From the NCBI GenBank assembly GCA_965205975.1, contig OZ242195.1:5440001-5504000 (forward strand): a stretch of DNA of 64,000 nucleotides. The letters run 5' to 3'. A program made the translations under genes and the position numbers. Of this stretch, positions 47,885-56,618 are shown one piece after another. The number at the start of each line of letters is the position of its first letter. The first letter of the stretch is position 1. The notes under the pieces were generated by a model. It worked only from the letters and a program-made list of their open reading frames with translations. It did not search any database and had not been told where the DNA came from. The stretch comes from Candidatus Latescibacterota bacterium (GTDB taxonomy: Bacteria > Latescibacterota > UBA2968).

Positions 47885-48407
47885 CTGGCGTTTCCTTTTT
47901 TTCCGATGCTTCTTTTTTCTCTAATACTTTCTTTTCGGGTAATAGGATTTCTAAAGCGTCGATGATGGCCTTCCCATCGGATAGACCTGCCTCTCGCAAT
48001 ACAATTTCTTTGTCTGGCGCAATGAGGATTGTGGTGGGCAGGGCGCGAACTTGCATGCGTTTCATAACCGATCCATCGGCGTCAATGGCGATTGGGAATG
48101 TGATGTTGCGTCCTCGCAAAAATGGGCGAATGCGGTTTTGACCACGGGGTCCATCTTCGTTGACGCCGAGAACGGTGAGTCCCCTGTCGGCGTATTTGGC
48201 GTGGATTTCTTCGAGCTTGGGCATTGCTTTGATGCAGGGTTTGCACCATGTGGCCCAGAAGTCGAGTAACACAGGACCCTTTTCGAGGAGGGCGGTTAAT
48301 TGTACCCGCTCGCCACTGAGGCCCGGCAGGTTGAAATCTGGTGCTTCAGTTGCGCGGGCAGATGATGCGATGATAAGGCAGAGCCATAATGGGAGAATTT
48401 TTTTCAT
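47871..48407 (-). CDS. TlpA-family periplasmic thiol-disulfide oxidoreductase
   Basis: Signal peptide; APDF; DFWATWCKPC; ALPTT. Confidence 0.92.
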   Translation of the reverse strand: MKKILPLWLCLIIASSARATEAPDFNLPGLSGERVQLTALLEKGPVLLDFWATWCKPCIKAMPKLEEIHAKYADRGLTVLGVNEDGPRGQNRIRPFLRGRNITFPIAIDADGSVMKRMQVRALPTTILIAPDKEIVLREAGLSDGKAIIDALEILLPEKKVLEKKEASEKKETPDESK

Positions 48408-48622
48408 GAGATTACCTCGTGGAGATTAGGGATTAGAAATGAGTCTATCTTTCAGATATTATACGTAGAGGCAGTGCCTATGTTCCCACTTGTTATAGGA
48501 CGGGCAGCTAATATAAAATATAACAAAGAGGGTTAAAAAACAATGGTGTAAAGGTGGAATGTAGAGTTATTTTATTTTCCCCATCAGATCAGAGAATACT
48601 GCAAAAATCCGGGAGAATGAAC

Positions 48623-49855
48623 ATGCGCTCGCTTCATGTGCAAATCTTCATCGCGTTGCTTCTCGGCGCAATAAGTGGAATGCTGTTAGGTGAATCCGTT
48701 CTTCACTTCGCCTTTTTGGGGACCCTTTTCCTCAAGGGTCTTAAAATGATTATCGTCCCCTTGATCTTCACTTCTATTGTTTCCGGAGTGGTCGGCATAG
48801 GCCAGGTCGGTCATTTTGGCCGCCTGAGTGCTCAGACTTTTACCTATTATTTGAGCTCCAGCCTGTTGTCCATTATTACCGGCCTGATCTTGGTCAATGC
48901 CATAAGTCCAGGCAAGGGGGCACAGTTGCGTTTGCAAGCTCCTCCTGAACAACTTGCCGATTCCATAGCTCAATTCGGCGACGGTCCCAAAGCCGCCCTT
49001 GAGCGGTTGTTGTTGGATATGGTGCCAGATAATGTATTCAAGGCCATGGCCGAGGGACAGATCTTGCCCGTGATCGTCTTTTGCTTTCTTCTCGGTTTTG
49101 CCATTATCCGCTTATCTGATCCGCACCAGAAGCGTCTGCGTGGGTTTTTCCAATCGGCTTTCGAATCCATGATGCAATTGACTCATTTTATTATTCTCCT
49201 GGCACCCATCGGCATTTTTGCCCTGGTCGCCAAAGTCGTTGGCACCACCGGTCTGTCGATTTTTGTCGATTTGGGGCTGTACGTCCTCACTGTCTTTGTT
49301 GGTCTGGTCGTTCACGCGGCGATTATTCTGCCGCTGGTACTCTATTTTTGGGGTGGCATATCGCCTCTGGCTCTCTTTCGCGCCATGATTCCGGCTCTTC
49401 TCACCGCTTTTTCTACTACTTCTTCTTCGGCGACTTTGCCCATTACCATTGACTCGCTGGAACAACGCGCTGGCGTTTCCAACCGCACCACCAGTTTTGT
49501 CGCGCCGCTGGGTGCTACCATCAATATGGATGGTACAGCCCTGTTCGAATGTGTCGCCGCCCTGTTTATTGCTCAAGCCTATGGGATTGATCTGGGCTTT
49601 ACCCAGCAATTCCTGGTGGTTCTTACCGCTTTGTTGGCCTCCATCGGCGCGGCCGGTATTCCTATGACGGGTCTGGTGATGCTTTCTATTGTTCTATCCT
49701 CTGTGGGTGTGCCCCTGGAGGGGATCGGCCTGATCATAGCTGTGGATCGCATCCTGGACATGTTTCGCACCACCGTCAATGTTTGGAGCGATTCGTGTGG
49801 CACTGCCCTGATAGCCCGCCATCAGGGTGAAAAATTAGATATTACTAAACACTGA
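48623..49855 (+). CDS. Dicarboxylate/amino-acid:cation symporter (DAACS, GltP/GltT-like)
   Basis: AFSTTSSSATLP; GATINMDGTAL; DRILDMFRTTVNV. Confidence 0.95.
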   Translation: MRSLHVQIFIALLLGAISGMLLGESVLHFAFLGTLFLKGLKMIIVPLIFTSIVSGVVGIGQVGHFGRLSAQTFTYYLSSSLLSIITGLILVNAISPGKGAQLRLQAPPEQLADSIAQFGDGPKAALERLLLDMVPDNVFKAMAEGQILPVIVFCFLLGFAIIRLSDPHQKRLRGFFQSAFESMMQLTHFIILLAPIGIFALVAKVVGTTGLSIFVDLGLYVLTVFVGLVVHAAIILPLVLYFWGGISPLALFRAMIPALLTAFSTTSSSATLPITIDSLEQRAGVSNRTTSFVAPLGATINMDGTALFECVAALFIAQAYGIDLGFTQQFLVVLTALLASIGAAGIPMTGLVMLSIVLSSVGVPLEGIGLIIAVDRILDMFRTTVNVWSDSCGTALIARHQGEKLDITKH

Positions 49856-49878
49856 CATTTACTTATTGGAGGTTTGTT

Positions 49879-50928
49879 ATGGTTTCGATAGGTATTATTG
49901 GGTTGGGATTTATGGGTATGACACATTACCGGGGGATTCAGAGGGTGCGCGGGGGCAGTGTGGCTGCGATATGTACGCGCAGTTCCAAGAAACGGGCGGG
50001 AGATTGGCGGGGTTTGGGAGGCAATTTTGGAGAGCCAGGGGGTGTGGAAGATCTTTCGGGTATTCGCACGTATGAGAAGATTGATGATTTGCTATCAGAC
50101 GATTCCATTGATCTGGTCGATATTTGTTTGCCGACGTCGCAACACTGCGAGGTTGCAATTGCTGCGATGCGCGCGGGTAAACATGTGCTGGTCGAAAAGC
50201 CCATTGCGCTGAGTCTGGAGGATGCTGACCGCATGGTGCGAGTCTCCGAACAGACGGGAAGGTTGATGATGGTGGCACAGGTTTTGCCCTTTTTCCCCGA
50301 GTTTGCCTATCTCAAGCAGGTGGTCGATGGCGGGGAATACGGCAATGTGCTCGGTGCGCATTTTAAGCGCGTTATTTCGCAGCCGAATTGGACGACTGCC
50401 TTTGCCAATATGGAAAAGAGCGGGGGTCCGGGCGTCGATTTGCATATTCACGATACGCACTATATCCTGGTATTGCTCGGTCGGCCAGATCGGGTGGTGT
50501 CTTCGGGGAGGCTGGTACGAGACCGGTATGTGGAATATATTTCGACGAGTTATCAATACGATAGCCAGCCCGAATTGTGCGTGACGTGTGCTTCTGGTGC
50601 TATTTCTCAGCAGGGCAGGGCGTTTACACACGGGTATGAGGTTTATATGGAGCGGGCTACGGTGCTTTACGAGTTTTCGACTCTGGGCGGGAAGCCGGTT
50701 GTGACGATGCCCGTGACCTTGCTGACGGATGACGGTGAGGTGCGAGAACCTGATTTGGGCGATGCCGATCCCGTGGTGGCATTTGCCAACGAGATTCAAG
50801 CCGCGGTAGATGCTGTGGAAAGCGGGGAGGTCGCCAGAGCAATTTCTGGTGAAAGTGCTGCCGATGCGCTGCGTCTGTGTTTTAAGGAGGTCGAGTCGGT
50901 AAGACGCAGGCAGGCAGTGGCGGTATGA
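49879..50928 (+). CDS. Gfo/Idh/MocA family oxidoreductase
   Basis: GIIGLGFMG; GKHVLVEKP; DLHIHD. Confidence 0.92.
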   Translation: MVSIGIIGLGFMGMTHYRGIQRVRGGSVAAICTRSSKKRAGDWRGLGGNFGEPGGVEDLSGIRTYEKIDDLLSDDSIDLVDICLPTSQHCEVAIAAMRAGKHVLVEKPIALSLEDADRMVRVSEQTGRLMMVAQVLPFFPEFAYLKQVVDGGEYGNVLGAHFKRVISQPNWTTAFANMEKSGGPGVDLHIHDTHYILVLLGRPDRVVSSGRLVRDRYVEYISTSYQYDSQPELCVTCASGAISQQGRAFTHGYEVYMERATVLYEFSTLGGKPVVTMPVTLLTDDGEVREPDLGDADPVVAFANEIQAAVDAVESGEVARAISGESAADALRLCFKEVESVRRRQAVAV

Positions 50929-50962
50929 AGAACGGCGAGTGCCACATCGGTAACAAAAAAAT

Positions 50963-50989
50963 AGGGCGAACGCACAGGTCCGCCCTTAC
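50963..50989 (-). repeat. REP-like palindrome (GTAR-GGGCG...CGCCC) between convergent genes
   Basis: Minus strand GTAAGGGCGGACCTGTGCGTTCGCCCT. Confidence 0.5.
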
Positions 50990-51011
50990 GATTTGACTAT
51001 CGCTTATACTT

Positions 51012-52475
51012 TCAACGCATTCTCACCTCTGCAACAGGTGTTCCCGCTGCCCCATCGAGCATGAGACTGTTCGCTCTGGCAAGGGTGGCTGATATGTTTT
51101 CGAGGCTTTGGCCGTCGAAGGATTGACCGCCAATGATTTTGGGACTGACGATGAGTGCCTGGCCGGCAGATTGATCGAATAGCGCGAATGTCACGTTGCT
51201 GCCATAGCGCGCCATAGCACTTATGGTGTCGTGAAATTGGGAGATGGTCTGGGTAGAGACATCGCCGGCTTTCATTTCGATAAAGACAATATCGGGAAGT
51301 GCGGCTTCCATGGCTTTTTGCGCGACCTCGGTGATGAATGCGCTGCCGAGTTTGCGGCTTTCTTCGCTGTCCATCAATACGCCGGATACCAGTCGCCCAA
51401 ACGCCTCATCTTTGATGACTTTTTTGAGTTTGAGAGCTTCCGGGGTCAGCTTGGGTTTGACTATGCGGTCGATATATCGTTGCGATTTGCCCTGTTTTAT
51501 GGCTGTGCCGAGTTGTTCTTCTATGGTGCCTGCGATTTTTTCGAGGCTGGGTGCGTTGACGGCAGAAGGGCTGTATCTGGTACCATAGCCCTTGGTTTTG
51601 CTAACTATGGGGGGGATTTCTTTTTCCCCGGACTGATAGAAAGCCAATGTGCGCGTATGGGTTTTGTCCTCAACGGCTTTGTTGTGGTGTTCAAATAGAG
51701 AAGGGACTTTGAGATTTTTGCCTTTGATTGCATTGGGTGAAGCCGTTTGAACGGTGGTCATCCAATCGCGCGATTTTTTGCCGTAGTCGATATTGTTAAA
51801 TAATGCCCCTCTGTACGTCAGATAGGCGGGGATATTCGATCCGGGGCTCGATCCAGTGATCGCAATGATGACTACGCCTTTGGGCAAGCCCTGGTCTGGT
51901 AGGACAAAAGATTCGAAAGCGTGTTCGATCATGGCGTATTGAGCAGGTGTAAAGTCGGTGATATTCAGACTGGGCCCTCCGCGTCCACCGCCACCACCGC
52001 GTGCTCCTTGCCCTCGTCGGCCCCCCTGTCCACCACCGCGTGCTCCTTGCCCTTGCCCTTGCCCCCGGCGTCCCTGTCTGCCGCCCTGCAGTGCCTGAAA
52101 TTCGCGCAAGATATTGCCGAATACCGCGTTAAATTCCTGGCGATCGGTGTTGAGGATTTTGCGAAAAAAGAGTTCGAGTTGCTGGTGGCGAACAGGAAAC
52201 AGATCGTCCCATTTTTTAGCCTGATCGAGTATATACATCTGTATGGGGGCTGGCATTTGGTTGAGAATCTGCGCGTTGGCTTCGAGGAGTTTTTGGGCAT
52301 CCCAGGGGTATTCGGCAAATTGTCCGCGTTGCTGGGGACGCAAATCTGTTTGTCCACCGCCACCACCGCCACCACCGCGTCCACCACCACCGCGCTGTGC
52401 GTAAATATCTGACAGGTCTAAGGCGCATAATGCCGCGCCTATAAGTAAGATCGATATCCATCTTGAAGGTCGCAT
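51012..52475 (-). CDS. Exported hypothetical protein with Gly/Arg/Gln-rich low-complexity segments
   Basis: GGGAGG RBS before MRPSRW; signal peptide ending IYA-Q; RGGGGRGGGG and GQGARGGG repeats. Confidence 0.78.
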   Translation of the reverse strand: MRPSRWISILLIGAALCALDLSDIYAQRGGGGRGGGGGGGGQTDLRPQQRGQFAEYPWDAQKLLEANAQILNQMPAPIQMYILDQAKKWDDLFPVRHQQLELFFRKILNTDRQEFNAVFGNILREFQALQGGRQGRRGQGQGQGARGGGQGGRRGQGARGGGGGRGGPSLNITDFTPAQYAMIEHAFESFVLPDQGLPKGVVIIAITGSSPGSNIPAYLTYRGALFNNIDYGKKSRDWMTTVQTASPNAIKGKNLKVPSLFEHHNKAVEDKTHTRTLAFYQSGEKEIPPIVSKTKGYGTRYSPSAVNAPSLEKIAGTIEEQLGTAIKQGKSQRYIDRIVKPKLTPEALKLKKVIKDEAFGRLVSGVLMDSEESRKLGSAFITEVAQKAMEAALPDIVFIEMKAGDVSTQTISQFHDTISAMARYGSNVTFALFDQSAGQALIVSPKIIGGQSFDGQSLENISATLARANSLMLDGAAGTPVAEVRMR

Positions 52476-52519
52476 GATTGCCTCCCGTGTGAAGAGATGA
52501 CGCGTTTTCATACATCGTT

Positions 52520-53296
52520 TCAAAGATTTTTGTCGAGCCAGTCCAGGACGGTTGTCCACGCATTGCCCTGGGCGAGCAAATCGAGTCCACGTCCCGCGCC
52601 CTGGTAGCCGATTACGGCAGTAACTCCCCGGGTCAATTCAGACATGTTTTGGGACGAGGTATAGGCATATCCATCGCCAAAAGCTGCGAGATAGAGAATG
52701 TTGCGGGGTGTAAAATCGGGAATATTGGTACCAGTGAGAAATTCCTGAGCCTGGTTTACGCGAAATTCGGGCGAAACGGATACGGTTGCTTTGATATCGG
52801 GGAACAGACCCGCGCTCACAAAGGCGATATTGGCACCGATGTCTGTACCGATGACGCCGATGCGGTTGGGGTCGGCTTCTGCGCGGGTTTTGAGAAATGC
52901 AATTGCAGCGCCGACATCGAGCGGCATCTGGTTGAAGTCGTCAATGGAAAAGTTCTGGATTGCGACGGGTTGCCCATTGCGAAAGATGCTGTTGCCATGT
53001 CCGCGAAGGTCAAAGGCGAGTGCTATATAGCCCCGCTCGGCAACGAGTTCGGGAACAAAATCTGCCCATTGAACGTGATTTTCGTTAAATGGGTGGAGCA
53101 GGATGACTGCAGGGCGAGGTGCGGGGTGGTTGGGAGAATAAAAGAGTGTGCCAAATAACAGAAATCCGTCTGGCGTTTGAAATTGCACGGGTTCCAGGCG
53201 CGCGTGTTGGGCGATGAGGTCGGGTTCGGTGGGGGGCGGCGCAGTGGTGCTGCCGCATCCGATTAAAAATATTGCGATCCACAGATATTGGCGCAT
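52520..53296 (-). CDS. Alpha/beta-hydrolase-fold lipoprotein
   Basis: Lipobox LIGC; DLRGHG; elbow reads GTDIG instead of GxSxG. Confidence 0.82.
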   Translation of the reverse strand: MRQYLWIAIFLIGCGSTTAPPPTEPDLIAQHARLEPVQFQTPDGFLLFGTLFYSPNHPAPRPAVILLHPFNENHVQWADFVPELVAERGYIALAFDLRGHGNSIFRNGQPVAIQNFSIDDFNQMPLDVGAAIAFLKTRAEADPNRIGVIGTDIGANIAFVSAGLFPDIKATVSVSPEFRVNQAQEFLTGTNIPDFTPRNILYLAAFGDGYAYTSSQNMSELTRGVTAVIGYQGAGRGLDLLAQGNAWTTVLDWLDKNL

Positions 53297-53431
53297 GATA
53301 CTATCCTTTGATCAGTTTTATTTTTGACTATTATAGACAAGTGTTTGTTCCTCGGAATCATGGGAACATAAGGCAATTAGATTAGAATAGCAAGGCGAGC
53401 AAGCAAGCATACCCTATTTTAAGGAGGAAAG

Positions 53432-53602
53432 ATGCCAGAACTTACGCGCTATGATTTGATTTTGATGGCGATTACCAGTGGGCTTTTTATCGTGGGATTG
53501 TGGTGTACGATTTTTGCCTTTCTCTATGGATTTATGAAGCGATTAGATCAGATTATTTTGCTATTACAGCAGGCGAATCGAGATGCCGATGCGGATTCTT
53601 GA
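53432..53602 (+). CDS. Small single-TM protein (56 aa), absent from the ORF track
   Basis: TAAGGAGG RBS; MPELTRYDLILMAITSGLFIVGLWCTIFAFLYGFMKRLDQIILLLQQANRDADADS*. Confidence 0.68.
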   Translation: MPELTRYDLILMAITSGLFIVGLWCTIFAFLYGFMKRLDQIILLLQQANRDADADS

Positions 53603-53678
53603 GAATGGTTGCCTATTTCATCGTGGGCATTTATATTGGACAAAATAGTTCCAAAAACAAATTCAGAAAGGACTATGA

Positions 53679-55076
53679 ATGGGCAAACCGAATATTTTGA
53701 TGATTATGACTGATCAGCAGCGGTGGGATGCGCTGAGTTGTGTGAGCGACTGGCTGGAGACGCCCAATATGGATCGCATTGCGGCAGAGGGCGTGCGGTT
53801 TTCAAATTGTGTGAGCAATTCGCCGGTGTGTATTCCAACGCGGTTGAGTCTGGCGACCGGACACTATCCGCACAATACGGGGGTGTGGGATAATCAGAAC
53901 CACACGTTATCGCCAGATTGTCCAACGTGGATGCAGGCAGTGCGCGATGCGGGGTATCGCACGAGTCTGTTTGGCAAGACGCATTTACACCCGCACGGAG
54001 GCGATTTGAGGGATCGCGAGCATCTGATGCACAGTTATGGGCTTGATGATGTGGATGAAATTGGCGGGCCGAGGGCGAGCGCGCGATGTTTGTCGTACAT
54101 GACGGCGATGTGGGAAGAGAAGGGGTTGTGGGATGCGTATCAGGCAGATTTCGATGAGCGTTTTAGCAATAAACCCTGGGTGACGCGGCCATCGACATTG
54201 CCTTTTGAAGATTATGCAGATGTGTATGTGGGGCAGCAGGCGAAGAAGTATCTGGCGGGATATGACCGCGATCAACCGTGGTTCTGTTGGGTGAGTTTTG
54301 GGGGGCCGCACGAACCGTGGGATACGCCAGAACCCCATTACAGCCGGTACAATCCGGAAGATATGCCCGATCCGGTTGCTCCGATAGAGGATGATCGCGA
54401 GCGTCCACAGGGTTTGTTAGATGCCAAGCAAAAGATACCGTTTGAACCGGGAGAAGAGAAATTGTTGCGCGCAAATTACGCGGGCAATGTCACGTTGATC
54501 GACGATCAGATTGGCGAGATTTTCGATGTGATTGAAAAGCGCGGCGAGATGGATAATACGGTCGTTGTGCTGATGTCGGATCACGGCGAGATGAATGGGG
54601 ATTACGGTTTTATTTATAAGAGCAATCTTTTAAATGGTGCGGTGCGGGTTCCCCTGCTGATTCGCACGCCCGAGACGGCGAGTGGTGATGTCGCTGGTTC
54701 TGTATGTGATAGTCCGATTGAGTGGTTTGATGTGGGGCCAACGCTGGTCGAGCTTGCAGGTGGTGAACTGAATTTCAGGCAGTTTGCCAAATCGGCCTGT
54801 CCCGTTCTCGAAGATCCGACGCGAGAACACCGCACAGAAGCGATATCGGAATACGGCGGGGAAATTATGTTGTTGAATCGCGAATGGAAGATTGTGCTGA
54901 ATCGCGAAGGGCAGCCCTATTTGCTTTTCGATGTGCAAGAAGATCCCGGTGAGGTGAATAATCTCGCGGGTTTGCCCGAGATGGCCGAGGTTGAGAATCA
55001 ACTGCGCCTGCGGATTCTCGATCGCGTGGCTTCGTCACAGGCTTTGTCAGGGGCGCATTTTGCGTTGGGGACATGA
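53679..55076 (+). CDS. Sulfatase
   Basis: PNILMIMTDQQR; CIPTR; GKTH; SDHG. Confidence 0.93.
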   Translation: MGKPNILMIMTDQQRWDALSCVSDWLETPNMDRIAAEGVRFSNCVSNSPVCIPTRLSLATGHYPHNTGVWDNQNHTLSPDCPTWMQAVRDAGYRTSLFGKTHLHPHGGDLRDREHLMHSYGLDDVDEIGGPRASARCLSYMTAMWEEKGLWDAYQADFDERFSNKPWVTRPSTLPFEDYADVYVGQQAKKYLAGYDRDQPWFCWVSFGGPHEPWDTPEPHYSRYNPEDMPDPVAPIEDDRERPQGLLDAKQKIPFEPGEEKLLRANYAGNVTLIDDQIGEIFDVIEKRGEMDNTVVVLMSDHGEMNGDYGFIYKSNLLNGAVRVPLLIRTPETASGDVAGSVCDSPIEWFDVGPTLVELAGGELNFRQFAKSACPVLEDPTREHRTEAISEYGGEIMLLNREWKIVLNREGQPYLLFDVQEDPGEVNNLAGLPEMAEVENQLRLRILDRVASSQALSGAHFALGT

Positions 55077-55085
55077 GGAGAGATT

Positions 55086-56579
55086 ATGTTTCAGAGCAGG
55101 CCCCATATCATTTTTGTGATTACAGATCAGCAACGTTTTGATACTATCCATGCTTGGGGATATGATTATATGGTGACGCCCACGCTGGATCGGCTCGCGT
55201 ATGAGAGTGTGTCTTTTCGGCAGGCGTATTGTCCCGGTGCGACGTGTGTGGCGTCTCGGGCGGCGATTTTTACGGGTATGTACCCGCATACGACGGGCGT
55301 TTATAGTTTTGATCACTGGGCGAATCACCGCAATTGGGTGCAGGATTTATCGGATGCGGGCTACTATTGCGTGAATATTGGCAAGATGCACCTGACGCCG
55401 CGCGATGTTCCGGGTGGATTTCACGAGCGCGTTATTGTGGAAAATCCCACCAATAAGGCGCTGGACGGTGGCGGGGCAGATGACGATTGGGGCAGGTACA
55501 TGACGTTTCACAATGTGAAGCGGCCCAATGATCGCAATAAGGCAGATCCCGAGTGGCTCAGTAAGTGTCAGGGGGTTGTGTGGCACGAGGAGGAGCAGTT
55601 TCACAGCGATGTGTTTATCGGGAATTCCGCGTTGAACTGGATTCGCAATCACCAGGGCGATAATCCGCTGTTTCTGCAGGTTGGATTTACGGGACCTCAC
55701 GAGCCATGGGATCCCTTGCCGCGACATCTGGATCTGTATCGCGACCGAGATATGCCGCCGTGTGTGAAGCGGGATGGGGAGTTGGAAGAGAAGCCACCGC
55801 AACATGCGGCGCATCTGGATATGCACGCGACGACCGATCACGAATCGCAAATCGATTTGCGCGGGCGCACAGATGATGAACTCGCACAGATGAAGCGGCA
55901 TTATTACGGGAATATTTCGACGGTTGATGAAAAGCTGGGCGAGATTCTGGATGCGCTGCAAGCGCGGGGGTGGTTGGAGAATAGTTTGTTGATTTTTTGT
56001 TCCGATCACGGCGAGATGCTGGGCGATCACGGGTTGGCGTATAAGTGGTTGATGTACGATCCGATTGTGCATATTCCGCTGATGATTCGCACGCCGCAGT
56101 CTGTTGATCGTCCCGGCGAAACGCGCGATCTGGTTTCGCTTATGGATCTGGGTCCTACGATCCTGAAGGCTGCGGGGGTAGCTGTTCCGACCTATTTGGA
56201 GGGGCGTTCTTTGATGCCGTATTTGAATGGGGAGACGCCTGAGCCTCGCAAATACGTTTTTTGCGAGGATAATTATCAGGTTATGATGCGGTCACAGACC
56301 CATAAGATGGTGTATTATATCGGGCAATCAGAAGGCGAGTTGTACGATTTAAACCGCGATCCCGGAGAGTTGTGGAATGTTTGGGATAGGTCTGAATACG
56401 CCGCTGTGAAAGGCGAGATGTTTGCGGATTTGCTCGGCTGGATGGCGACGAGCAATTATTACAATGCCGGATACAAGCGCCAGCGCAGCAAGCAATACGG
56501 CATGCGATGGCCCTCGGAAAACGACGCGTATTTGCACGGGCGCAAAGGGCAACCAAAACCCCGAGTTGTCGATTTGTAG
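55086..56579 (+). CDS. Sulfatase (CxAxR variant)
   Basis: ITDQQR; CVASR; GKMH; SDHG. Confidence 0.92.
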   Translation: MFQSRPHIIFVITDQQRFDTIHAWGYDYMVTPTLDRLAYESVSFRQAYCPGATCVASRAAIFTGMYPHTTGVYSFDHWANHRNWVQDLSDAGYYCVNIGKMHLTPRDVPGGFHERVIVENPTNKALDGGGADDDWGRYMTFHNVKRPNDRNKADPEWLSKCQGVVWHEEEQFHSDVFIGNSALNWIRNHQGDNPLFLQVGFTGPHEPWDPLPRHLDLYRDRDMPPCVKRDGELEEKPPQHAAHLDMHATTDHESQIDLRGRTDDELAQMKRHYYGNISTVDEKLGEILDALQARGWLENSLLIFCSDHGEMLGDHGLAYKWLMYDPIVHIPLMIRTPQSVDRPGETRDLVSLMDLGPTILKAAGVAVPTYLEGRSLMPYLNGETPEPRKYVFCEDNYQVMMRSQTHKMVYYIGQSEGELYDLNRDPGELWNVWDRSEYAAVKGEMFADLLGWMATSNYYNAGYKRQRSKQYGMRWPSENDAYLHGRKGQPKPRVVDL

Positions 56580-56618
56580 AGGTGGTTGCCCAGGAAATTG
56601 TCAGAAGTTATTGCAAAA

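Noticed and set aside
53500..53700. 66-aa plus-strand ORF from the track
   Set aside because: GTG start without RBS; it overlaps the better-supported 53432-53602 ORF and the sulfatase start
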